Positions 52,288 through 64,000 of a DNA stretch of 64,000 nt are shown in pieces. The position numbers and the translations under genes were made by a program. The DNA comes from Octopus vulgaris (lineage: Eukaryota). Location of the stretch: assembly GCA_951406725.2 (NCBI GenBank), contig OX597824.1, positions 37,448,001-37,512,000 on the forward strand, written 5' to 3'. The notes under the pieces were generated by a model. That model ran no database searches, was not told the origin of the DNA, and worked only from the letters and a program-made list of their open reading frames with translations. Each line of letters begins with the position of its first letter. The first letter of the stretch is position 1.

Positions 52288-52453
52288 TATAACGGGAAGC
52301 TTTATGAAAATAGACAAAAGACGAAGGCAGGTTTACGGAAATAAACAAAAGACGAAGGCATGTGGAATACAAACAAACAATTGTATTAGTATGGTGCTCA
52401 GGAAATATAAATAAAACAAGTCTTTAACGTGTATATATATATATATATATGTA

Positions 52454-52598
<145 letters not shown>

Positions 52599-52627
52599 AT
52601 ATATATATATATATATATTATATATAC

Positions 52628-53522
52628 ATCATCATCATCATCATCATCATTTAACGTCCGCTTTCCATGCTAGCATGGGTTGGACGGTTCAACTGGGGTC
52701 TGGGGAGCCCGAAAGCTGCACCAGTCCAGTCAGATCTGGCAGTGTTTCTACAGCTGGATGCCCTTCCTAACGCCAACCACTCCGAGAGTGTAGTGGGTGA
52801 TTTTATGTGCCACCGACACAGGTGCCAGACGAGGCTGGCAAACGGCCACGCTCGGATGGTGTTTTTATGTGCCACCGACACAGGTGCCAGATGAGGCTGG
52901 CAAACGGCCACGATCGGATGGTGTTTGTTACGTGCCCACAGCACGGAGGCCAGTCGATGCGGTACTGGCTACGCCCACATTCGGATGGTTTTCTTGTGTG
53001 CCACGTGCCACCGGCACTGGTACCACAAAGATACAAATTCCATTGATGTTCATCTATTTTGATTTGTTTTGATTTTCACTTGCCTCAACAGGTCTTCACA
53101 AGTGTCACAAGAAGGAAGGTATGCACAGGTGGACTGACTACGTCCCAGGTAGGGGCCACAGGTTATGGCCTGACTAGTCTTGCCGGGTCTTCGGATGGTG
53201 TTTTTATGTGCCACCGACACAGGTGCCAGATGAGGCTGGCGAACGGCCACGATCGGATGGTGTTTGTTACGTGCCCACAGCACGGAGGCCAGTCGGTGCG
53301 GTACTGGCTACGGCCACATTCGGATGGTTTTCTTGTGTGCCACCGGCACTGGTACCACAAAGATACAATTCCATTAATGTTCATCTATTTTGATTTGTTT
53401 TGATTTGATTTGATTTGTTTTGATTTCATTTTGATTTTCACTTGCCTCAACAGGCCTTCACAAGTATCACAAGGAGGAAGGTATGCACAGGTGGACTGAC
53501 TACGTCCCAGGTAGGGGCCATG
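52628..53522 (-). mobile_element. RTE 3' UTR with internal tandem duplications
   Basis: (CAT)n tail; a ~60 bp unit and a ~340 bp block (52850-53160 vs 53190-53520) are duplicated. Confidence 0.75.
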
Positions 53523-53539
53523 GGAATACATATATATTA

Positions 53540-53569
<30 letters not shown>

Positions 53570-53570
<1 letters not shown>

Positions 53571-53798
53571 TGGGTTGGTGCATCAGTATTGCATTGTTTT
53601 TTTAATAAATTTTATTCAACAATAACAATTATGATATATAACAAAAACATCTTTAAATGACGGTCTGACTGTCTGCCAAGTCAATGGCAATCAGTAATTG
53701 AAGTAGATGGTGAATATGCTCCAGAATAATCATTTATTGTTGTTTTTGTTGAATAAAATTTGTTGCAAAAAAGCTGCAGTAATTATGCAGCAACCCAA
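53570..53798. mobile_element. Mariner-type MITE, TA TSD
   Basis: ttgggttggtgcat...atgcagcaacccaa. Confidence 0.65.
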
Positions 53799-53879
53799 TA
53801 TATATGCATATATATATATATACAGATATATATATATATATGTAAATATATGTGTGTGTGTGTGTGTGTGTATGCATAT

Positions 53880-54745
53880 ACTTAGATAGGTTTCAGCTAC
53901 ATTGGCCCAAGCCATAGCTAACTTAATAGCACTACCTGGGCAACATTTAGTAACATATTTTTTATGGTTATTTTTAGGCACCATTGTCCATTTGATTAAA
54001 GAGTTGTTGTTTGCAGCAGTATATCCAGGTGTAGGTGGTTTATCTGGAATTTGTTGGAAATATTCATTCAGGAACTGTCTGAAGGTTATGAAATCTTTTT
54101 CCTCCTTTATTTGTTTTGGAATGATGTTAGAAAGAGCAAGTCCAGTTGAGGAGAAGTAGTTCTGTCTTAGTGTTGTGATGTGCTGAGAGCATAATTTCTG
54201 TAGAGGACACTTGGCACGGGGACCAAGCGTTGGGTGGATTTTTAAAAGTGATACCGATATCATTTTGGCATTACTGTCAGAACAATTTTTAAAAGTGATA
54301 CCGGTATCATTTTGGCATTACTGTCGGAACAATTTCCACATCATACAAATAATAAAGTACTCCCAGCGGTGCTGGAGAGAATACAGTTTGAGATTTGTGA
54401 GTCGATCCCAGTAATTAAGACCAGACATGCCATCAATTTCTTTTTGTAATTGATCTCTGGGGTGCTTCGAGCTTTTTAATATTCTGGCTCGTGTAGGGAG
54501 AACATAGCAGACAACAGTATTCAAAGCAAGGGCGGGCGAAGATAGAAAAGAGAAGGATAATGGTTGGAGCATTTCTAAACTGGAAACTCCTGAGGATCCA
54601 GGAGCACACCCTGTAGGCCATGTTGACTTTCTTGTTTATGTGGATACGCCAACTTAAGTTATTGTTGACAGTCACATTGAGGTCCCTAGCGGTGTATGAT
54701 GCTGTGAGGTGTTCACCTGAAGGAAGAATATATGGTTGTTTATCG
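53880..54745 (-). mobile_element. CR1 3' fragment of the 35451 family
   Basis: QPYILPSGEHLTAS, YWDRLTNLKLYSLQ, QIPDKPPTPGY; tail tatctaag. Confidence 0.85.
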
Positions 54746-54844
54746 ATGTGCATATATATATGTATATATACATATCTATATATATGTATATACATATATA
54801 TATGTAAGTATACATAAATATATATGTCTATACACATATGTATC

Positions 54845-54877
<33 letters not shown>

Positions 54878-55199
54878 CTATATATATGTATATATATACA
54901 TATATGTACGTAAGTATACATAAATATATATGTATATACACATATGTATGTATATACACATATGTATGTATATATATATATATATGTGTATATATACATA
55001 TACATACGACAGGCTTCTTTCAGTTTCCATCTATCAAATCCACTCACAAGGCTTTGGTTGGCCCGAGGCTATAGTAGAAGACACTTGCCTAAGGTACCAT
55101 GCAGTGGGACTGAACCTGGAACCATGTGGTTGGTAAGCAAGCTACTTATCACACAGCCATTCCTGCGCCTATATGTATATATACATATATATATATATA

Positions 55200-55538
55200 A
55201 GGGTAAAGACCCCCTTCGGTCATGAATGACCATGGGATTGCACCTAGAAAGTTACCCTCCTAGACACAAGTCCGGGCAAGGTTGTTTATGGAAGGCCAGC
55301 AGTCGCCCATGCATACCAGCCTCCCCTCTCCACGCCACCAGTGTTATCCAAGGGAAAGACAAAGGTCGATACAGCTTGGCACCAGTGACGTCGCAACTCA
55401 TTTCTACAGCTGAATGAACTGGAGCAACGTGAAATAAAGTGCCTTGCTCGAGAACACAACACGTAGCCCGGTCCGGGATTCGAGCTCACAACCTCACGAT
55501 CGTAAGCTCGACGCTCTAACCACTGAGCCATGCGCCTA
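55200..55538 (-). mobile_element. tRNA(Arg-like)-derived SINE family C
   Basis: Head ggcgcatggctcagtggttagagcg...tcgaatcc followed by a non-tRNA body; degenerate copy at 7550-7680. Confidence 0.75.
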
Positions 55539-55570
55539 CATATATATATATATATTCATAAAAAATAAAA

Positions 55571-55760
<190 letters not shown>

Positions 55761-55789
55761 CACACATATATATGTATATATATATATAT

Positions 55790-55842
<53 letters not shown>

Positions 55843-55889
55843 CACAGACATACATATATATATATATACACACACACATACACACACAC

Positions 55890-55943
<54 letters not shown>

Positions 55944-56121
55944 TATATATATATACACTACATACATATACATACACATATATACATGTATATATATATA
56001 TATATATATAACATGATATATATATATATATATATACATATATATATACATACATACATATATATACATGAATATATATATATATACATGTATATATATA
56101 CATGAATATATATATACATGA

Positions 56122-56178
<57 letters not shown>

Positions 56179-56179
56179 A

Positions 56180-56875
56180 AGATGTGTAAAGAAGTGCCAC
56201 TCCCAAACAGCTGAAGGAATCCGGGTTAGAGGTAGACCCAGGAAGACATGGGATGAGGTGGTCAAACAGGACCTTTAAACGTTGGGCCTCAGAGGCAATG
56301 ATGAAAGACCGAGACCTCTGGAGATATGCAGTGACAGTGAAGACCTGACAAATAAAGTGAGTTCACGGCTGTATCCTACACCAGTTTTGCATAATCAGCC
56401 CAGCCCATTCAAAAGTACCTTGGATCGTAAGACAACCTGCTGTGCTTACCTTGGAGCATAGGGCAACACTCTGTGCTTGAGGAAACCTATTGAGTCAAGT
56501 ACATCAACATCAAAATAAAAATCAAATGGAAATTGTAGCTGTGATACCTGTGCCCGTGGCATGTAAAAAGCACCATCCAAACGTGGCCAATGCTAGCGCT
56601 GACTTGACTGGCTTCCGTACTGGTGGGACATAAAAAGCACCAACCAATCGTGGCTGTTGTCAGCCCCCTCTAGCCCCTGTGCTGGTGGCACGTAAAAAGC
56701 ACCCACTACACTCATGGAGTGGTTTGTGTTAGGAAGGGCATCCAGCTGTAGAAACACTGCCAGATCAGAGTGGAGACTGGTGCAGCCTCCTGGTTTCCCA
56801 GACCCCAGCTGAACCGTCCAACACATGCTAGCATGGAAAACGGACGTTAAACGATGATGATGATGATGACGATGA
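56180..56875 (+). mobile_element. RTE 3' end
   Basis: [15 protein letters not shown]-type ORF end, same UTR motif, (GAT)n tail; further pieces at 60840-61035 and 61810-62010. Confidence 0.72.
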
Positions 56876-57950
56876 TATAGTTAAAAAATGTTTGAGAAAC
56901 ACTAATTTAGAAGAAGATATTATCTTCTGTTATTTTACAATTTTCTAACTTTTACATCTTTTTACAGATCAATGGAACAACACTAACTTCATTCTTGAAC
57001 CAATATAGTTCAAAAGCCTTTTGTGTATTTCCCTATGGCATTGATAGCACAACATAAATATTTGATCCAAGTTGATCTTCAAAACTGGCATTACTTCATG
57101 AAAAATGTGAGACGGTGAATAAGAATTTGAAGGCAAAATGATGAATGAAAATTATTTCACTGAAAATTATTTCAGAAATTGAGTCTTTAAGGAAGAATTG
57201 ACTGTCTTATGAAAATATATAACTTTATTTAGAAAATTTTAATAATTACATAAAAATAGTGCTTTCGAAACTTCCAGAATTTTCAAGATCATATTTTTTA
57301 TGTAAAAACCAGACTAAATTAATAACAAAGAAAGAGTAATAGGAAAATGTATTGATAGATATTGATTTCTTAAAGTACAAGGTTGCTTTCTCAGAGAATC
57401 AAATACAGCTGACTGAATCAACCTTCCAATATTGTTGGTGTGCTTTTAATAAGTTCCAAAAGGATAAAAAGCAGAAATAAATAATTTTAAAGCCAAAATT
57501 TATAGGGATAGTATTAAATCCATTAGTCAGACAGCTTGTTTTTGTCAACTCATCAACTTTTTTCATTAAACAAATATTGTAAAAATGAAAAACTATCGAT
57601 TGAAATCAATCAGCTGCTTAAGATATAATATCTAATGAAAAAAATGTTAATAAAGAATTGATGTTTTTTATTTTGCTTTTTTTTAACCAAGAAATATTTT
57701 GTCATTATTTCAGTATAAAATCTGTTTGAAATTTCAAAGATGGACGTTATTCCATCAAACATTAGAACAAAAAAAAAAAAATAATAATTAGAATTAAATA
57801 TAGATTAGTTTGCCTATTGCACTTTGTTAATTATTTGGTTAATTATTGGTAAATTATTTCTGCTTAATTTGCACACATTTGCTCCCTGGGTTGATCCCAT
57901 ATAACAGATCAAACTACAAAACATTAAACTGTTTCAGCTCATTTAAATGA

Positions 57951-58034
57951 CTAGAGTTTTGAGAAGATTGGTGATTTTTCTGCTATTGATTTCATGAGGT
58001 CTTCACTCTGCAACATTACCTGATTCAAAGCAGC
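57951..58034 (-). CDS. ECH1: ECH1 terminal coding exon (AALNQVMLQSEDLMKSIAEKSPIFSKL*), PTS1 signal SKL
   Basis: tttcag acceptor; 84 nt ending in TAG; C-terminal FSKL as in mammalian ECH1. Confidence 0.92.
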   Translation of the reverse strand, partial: AALNQVMLQSEDLMKSIAEKSPIFSKL

Positions 58035-58644
58035 CTGAAAGAAAATATAATTTGCCATTAAATGCTGTCGATTTTAGGTGGAGTTTTAACAAGTCTATTT
58101 CAGATTATAAATTTACCTGTATATACTATGTCAGAGATCATAATCAAAATTTCCAAACTGAAATTGTTGCCCAACCTAAACCTGTATACTTGATCGCTTC
58201 TATCTTCATGAAGCGTGACAATCCAACTGGGTGGAGCACACATTCATTCAAATTACTGACAATAACTATGGTTTACCTAAAAACTCAAACTAGGTCACAG
58301 ACTGTATTCACTCCATGCCTTCCCAAATCACATGCATAAACTTTAAGAAAGACGGGGCGTAATTTCTGTTCATGTTAAGATTTAAATGTAAAGAGGGCGT
58401 GTCACTTCGACATAGTAATTCTAATATAAGGTATATCTCTCTAGCTAACGTGGTCCAATCAAACCATCTAACCCATGCTAGCATGGAAAACAGACACTAA
58501 ACGATAATGACGATGATCCCTAATCTTATACCCACTTTCTAAAATCAGTTCTGACTATTTAATCTCTGCCTTCTATCTAATATCATCTCAGCTTTCCCAA
58601 ATAAAACCCAACTGTCCTCAACTCAAATACAATAAAATGATTAA

Positions 58645-58855
58645 TCCTTTAGCATTCAGACTACTCTGTTGAATGTAATGCCTATTTATTCACAATTTTT
58701 AGTTAAACATGCATTACCTTGTAGCTTTGAGGCTTCAAGGGTGTGATTGTTATTTTTAGAATGTAGGGTAGGTGTGATAAGCTGAATATGTTCAGTTTGA
58801 ACATAAAATGGGTAGAATATTTTGGCGAGAAATAGTTGGTTTAAATGCTAAAGGG
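58645..58855. mobile_element. piggyBac-type MITE (TTAA TSD)
   Basis: ttaa|tcctttagcattcag ... aaatgctaaaggg|ttaa. Confidence 0.65.
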
Positions 58856-59285
58856 TTAATATCAAAGGTGATATTACTTATGGTCAGTCATTCTGTAGAT
58901 AAGTGATATTATCCTTGATTTTATGATCATGATTTCTTATAACTGGACTGGGCTTCCAATACAGGTTTCCAGACCCTTAAATGGACTTGAATTCATCAGT
59001 GCATGCTAACAAGTATACTTTAAATGACACAGTGCTCCTGCTGTTTATCTTGACCTCAAGAAATTTATTTTGATATGATGTACAGCACATTTTCTTATGT
59101 TGTGCCATTGTACAGAACTTTGTATGTACCAGTATGTATCACTATACAGAAATTTATAACTAGTCTACAAGAGATGGAAAGCAGATACCTATATTTTTGA
59201 GATATCAGAGAAAAGAGACATATTCCCGTGGATGACACACTGCATGGCCAAACTACTGAATATAACATCTCTACTATAGCTTGAT

Positions 59286-59620
59286 TGGAGGTGCAATGGC
59301 CCAGTGGTTAGGGTAGCAGACTCGCGGCCGGAGGATCGCGGTTTCGATTCCCAGACTGGGCGTTGTGTGTGTTTATTGAGCACAAACACCTAAAAGCTCC
59401 ACGAGGCTCTGGCGGGGGTGGTGGTGGTGGTGGTGACCCCTGTTGTACTTTTTCGCCACAACTTTCTCTCACTCTCTCTTCTTGTTTCATGAGTAATGCT
59501 GTGATGGACTGGTGTCCCGTCCAACTGGGGGGAACACATACGTCACAGAAACCAGGAAACTGGGCTCATGAACCTGGCTAGGCTTGAAAAGGGCAAGAAA
59601 CAAACAAACATACAAAAAAC
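59286..59620 (+). mobile_element. tRNA-derived SINE family D, in an ECH1 intron
   Basis: Head tggcccagtggttagg...ggtttcgattcc; (AAAC)-type tail. Confidence 0.65.
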
Positions 59621-60120
59621 AAAACGATAGCTTGATTAATGACCAAAATAATTCCTGAAGTAATTAAATGTCAAGGCACATGGCCTGTGGTTAGGGCTTT
59701 GATTTCCGGATGAGGCAAAGCATTGTGTTCTTGAGAAAAACACTTCGTTTCACTTTGCTCTAGAGCTGGGCAGAGACTGGCATGTCAGAGAACAGATCCA
59801 TCTTTTCCTCTGTGTATTGTGAAAGGCAACTAAAAGAGGCTGAGGTAAGATTTGCATTTCGGCCTTGTAAAACTCTAACCAGCTATCTAAAATAAGATTT
59901 CACAATAAATGAATGTTACTGAACTGATAACACCATTATGACTACAGAAGAAATCTTGAATGAATGTGTTACACTTGTAAAAATGCTAAAATCAATTTGG
60001 CATAGCGAGCCGATCAGAGAAAGCCAATATTTTGACAGTTAATCAATCGAGTCAACTTTTAAATTGAACAACAACAACAACTACAACAACAACAACTATT
60101 ACTACTTAAAATAGACTTAC

Positions 60121-60271
60121 AATGTTATCCAAACCGTCTTGGACTGAATGGTCTTGGGAATACAGCAAACTCTTCTTTGTAGTTTGGATGGCAATTGGGC
60201 TTTTCTTGGCTATGACTGACGCAATATCAAGGACAGCTTTGATCAGTTGTGCTTTGTCATCAAAAACACGG
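60121..60271 (-). CDS. ECH1: ECH1 internal exon (S-RVFDDKAQLIKAVLDIASVIAKKSPIAIQTTKKSLLYSQDHSVQDGLDNI)
   Basis: ttatgcag acceptor, gtaagt donor; 151 nt, phase 2/0, in frame with both neighbours; matches the recalled ECH1 pattern SRVF...KSPVAVQ.TK..LLYSRDHSV. Confidence 0.93.
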
Positions 60272-62049
60272 CTGCATAAAATTGAAGAAATTTTGTAATT
60301 AAATCTTTTAATGCATTTGATTTATAAAAGATTTTACTAAGGTAACATATCAAAACAAACAAAATGAAACAGAGACAATCGAATACATAGATCTGACATG
60401 TTTTAATATATTTCCGAACAGGACATGTAATCTTACATTTTCTAAGCTGATTTAGCTAATGGCAAAATGTTAGTCTCATATCTAATTAAGTGAGACTTCT
60501 AATTACAAAAGCAATCAGCTGTATTAAATAAATTTATCTCAATAAAGAAATGGAAAATTGCAGAGATAGCAACAACACTAGCAACTAATATGTAAATGTC
60601 CTGGTTGCTGGTCATCTTTCAATCAAAAGTTTTCTATTCTGAAAATGGAATCAATAAACATCTCAGATTTATCATTTTCCAGAAAAAAACAACAAAAAAA
60701 AGCCAAAAATCAGAAGAAATCACTTTTGAAATCAACAATTTAGAGGGAAATTTATTTTTCTACACATTTTTTAATGATTTCAAGGAAAACATAAAATATT
60801 CTTCTTTATATTGATAAAGAAGAATATAAAGACATCCTCATCATCAATATCCTCATTTAATGTCCATTTTCCATGCTGGCATGGGTTGGACAGTTTGATA
60901 GGAGCTGGCAAGCTGGAGAGCTGTATCAGGCTCCAATTATCCATTTTGGCATGATTTCAATGGCTGGATACCCTTCCTAACACCAACTACTTTATAGAGT
61001 GTACTGGGTAATTTTTACGTGGTACCAGCACAGGTGCTTTATAATAAAAATTATAGTAGTAGTTAATATAATATCAATCCTTTAACATTAATGAGTTGAC
61101 TGTGAGTTAGTTGAGTGTTTTTTACTGATGAACAAGCTCTCATTTTTACAGCTTCATTATTACAATTTGAAGAATAATTATCCATGTACAAGCAAGCAAT
61201 ATCAGAATAAGATTAACTTGGAAAATAGTTTTTGTGTGTGTGGAAGGTGTACAGGTGCGACAAACACTAAAAATGTACAGAATGTCTGGTGCAGTCCCTC
61301 AGCTTACTAGCCCTGGTCAAACCGTCCAATCCATGCCAGTATGGACAACAGATGTCAAATGAGGATGATGATGATGATGAAGCAACAAATATAATGAGAG
61401 ACAGATGGCAATTTTGTAACAGTTTCTCAGCTGTCAATTTCTGCTCTCGATCAGGAGGCTTTCCTTTAAATGACAGAATTAAGGTTCATTAGATACTGTA
61501 GCCCTACATATCCCCAAAGAGATGGGATGGAAATAACTAGATGTCAGTTTAATCAGGGCTGATAACAACAACAACAAATACCTCAACATATTCTTTGAAT
61601 TGTACACACTTTCTCTCACACACATGCAGTAATACATCTATAATGAGGTTCATTTGAACATCACTCAAAGGGGCCACTTCACTAACAGGGGCCTACATGT
61701 CTCATGATCTGGTAAAAAACCAAGTATCAGGAAGTAAGGGAAAGGTTGGCATTCATTCAGTAATCAAATACTTATGGAAATGAGGTGGAAGAAAAAAAAA
61801 TAAACAAGTACTGGCCCTCATGCTGGTGGCATGTAAAAGCAGCCACTACACTCTCAGAGTGGTTGGCGTTAGGAAGGGCATCCAGCTGTAGAAACTCTGC
61901 CAGATCAGATTGGAGCCTGGTGCAGCCATCTGGCTCGCCAGTCCTCAGTCAAATCGTCCAACCGATGCTAGCATGGAAAGCGGACTTTAAAATGATGATG
62001 ATGATGATGAAGTACAAGATGATATGAAGGGATAAAACTTTATACAAAC

Positions 62050-62192
62050 CTCACAAGTCCAACATCACGTGCTTCATCTGAAGTTATAGCCCTCGCTGTA
62101 TAAGCTAGTTCTCTAACAAGGCTTTGATTGCCAATAATTCTTGGTAAACGTTGTAAAGTGCCAACATCAGCTGCGAGACCAAAGTCGACTTC
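62050..62192 (-). CDS. ECH1: ECH1 internal exon (EVDFGLAADVGTLQRLPRIIGNQSLVRELAYTARAITSDEARDVGLV-S)
   Basis: ctttag acceptor, gtttgt donor; 143 nt, phase 0/2; contains the ECH1 signature EVDxGLAADVGTLQRLP with the catalytic Glu and Asp. Confidence 0.95.
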
Positions 62193-62238
62193 CTAAAGGA
62201 AATAAATGCACAGAAATGTCAGAGAGTATTCAGAAATT

Positions 62239-62271
<33 letters not shown>

Positions 62272-62287
62272 ATAATCATTGTATATT

Positions 62288-62489
62288 CTTACTCTTTTAC
62301 TTGTTTCAGTCATTTGACTGCGTCCATGCTGGAGCAGCACCTTTAGTCAAGCAAATCGACCCCAGGACTTATTCTTTGTAAGTCTAGTACTTATTCTATT
62401 TTTTTTTTACTGAACCACTAAGTTACGGGGACGTAAACACACCAGCATCAGTTGTCAAGTGATGTTGGGGGGACAAACACAGATACACA

Positions 62490-62546
<57 letters not shown>

Positions 62547-62719
62547 GCAGATATATATACACAATGGGATTCTTTCCATTTACCAAATCCACTCACAAGG
62601 CTTTGGTCGGCCCGAGGCTATCGTAAAAGGCACTTGCCCGAGGTACCACGCAGTGGGACTGAACTTGGAACCCTGTGGTTCGTAAGCAAGCTACTTACCA
62701 CACAGCCACTCACATGCCT
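62288..62719 (-). mobile_element. SINE family A, full length, in an ECH1 intron
   Basis: Reverse complement of family A. Confidence 0.82.
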
Positions 62720-62985
62720 ATATATATATGGACATATATATGCACATACATATTCACGTATATATGCACATGTATTAAAAAAGAGTTGCATGAAATAAAA
62801 TATGCCTTGAAAGCCGATATATAAAGAGTTGAATAATGAAGTTTCAGCTATATTTTGAGAAATATCCACAATGATTAGCTCCTCTCTTCCAACAATATGT
62901 TACGCCAACAAGTGGCAAATCTAACACCAACCTGTTTACTCTCTTATAGAATTCTGCTGCTTCTGTATAGTTCTTGAACTCAGAT

Positions 62986-63718
62986 CTTAGCAAGGTAGCT
63001 AATCACTAATAGCAAGGTGGCTACTCACTATTAGCAAGGTAGCTACACTCACTCTTAGCAAGGTGACTACTCATCATTAACAAGGTGGCTACACTGACTA
63101 TTAGCAAAGTGCCTATACTCACTCTTAGCAAGGTGACTACTCATCATTAACAAAGTGGCTACTCACTATTAACAAGGTGCCTATACTCACTATAAGCAAG
63201 ATGCCTATACTCACTATTAGCAAAGTGCCTATACTCACTCTTAGCAAGGTGACTACTCATCATTAACAAGGTAGCTACTCACTATTAACAAGGTGCCTAT
63301 ACTCACTATTAGCAAGGTGGCTACACTCACTCTCAGAAAAGTGACTACTTACTCTTAGCAAGGTGACTACTCATCATTAACAAGGTGGCTACTCACTATT
63401 AACAAGGTGCCTATACTCACTATAAACAAGATGCCTATACTCACTATTAGCAAGGTGGCTACACCCACTCTTAGCAAGGTGACTACTCATCATTAAGAAG
63501 GTGCCTATACTCACTATTAGCAAGATGCCTATACTCACTATTAGCAAGGTGGCTACACTCACTCTTAGCAAGGTAACTACTCATCATTCACAAGGTGGCT
63601 ACTCATTATTAACAAGGTGCCTATATTCACTATTAGCAAAGTGCCTATACTCACTCTTAGCAAGGTGGCTACACTTACTCTCAGCAAGGTGGTTACTCAC
63701 TATTAGCAAGGTGGCTAG
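62986..63718. repeat. Minisatellite, about 32 copies of a 22-24 bp unit (attagcaaggtggctactcact), in an ECH1 intron
   Basis: Directly visible. Confidence 0.95.
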
Positions 63719-63788
63719 ATACTGTTAACACGGTGATTACTTACAATTATCAAAGCAACATTTAAGAATTTGTAAAGTAGTAACTTAC

Positions 63789-63902
63789 TTTTACTTGGAA
63801 CCATGCATCTTTGGTACAATATCTCATGTCACAAGCGGATATTAGATCCACACCAAATCCAATACAGGCGCCATGGACAGCTGAGATTACAGGTTTAGGA
63901 CA
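63789..63902 (-). CDS. ECH1: ECH1 internal exon ([38 protein letters not shown])
   Basis: Manual translation; flanked by ttcttcag and gtaagt; 114 nt, phase 0/0; closely matches recalled mammalian ECH1 [29 protein letters not shown]. Upstream exons lie beyond the window. Confidence 0.93.
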
Positions 63903-64000
63903 CTGAAGAAGTAGAAAGTATTAATTTATATTTCAATCAGATATTTTTCTATTTTAGCTCAATCATTCATTAGTTAGCTTAAGTTTCTTATCTCATTCTC

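Noticed and set aside
55465-55538. tRNA gene (also 59290-59360 and the SINE-A heads)
   Set aside because: Imperfect cloverleaf stems running into SINE bodies; tRNA-derived SINE heads.
62986-63718. CRISPR-like array
   Set aside because: No unique spacers, no cas genes, and it lies in a eukaryotic intron; it is a minisatellite.

Overview
AT-rich, microsatellite-dense animal genomic DNA. The SINE/LINE repertoire and (TA)n/(TACA)n load suggest an octopus or other coleoid cephalopod (inference from recalled repeat families). One host gene is clearly identifiable: the last four coding exons of ECH1 (delta3,5-delta2,4-dienoyl-CoA isomerase, ending in the peroxisomal signal SKL) on the - strand at 57951-63902. 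Several candidate + strand exons may belong to an unidentified convergent gene. The rest is mostly transposable elements: two long 5'-truncated CR1-clade LINEs with open ORF2, plus fragments; RTE LINE 3' ends; Penelope-like (GIY-YIG) relics; a Tol2-like hAT nested in a mariner; a Merlin transposase fragment with related TTAGGG-bearing MITEs; non-autonomous Helitrons; other MITEs; and at least four tRNA-derived SINE families. The most notable signals are (i) several families of minimal hammerhead-ribozyme motifs, some with non-canonical cores, in short elements bordering (TA)n tracts, (ii) a covarying two-hairpin 3' RNA motif shared by two CR1 families and the dominant SINE, and (iii) recurrent fold-back inversions.
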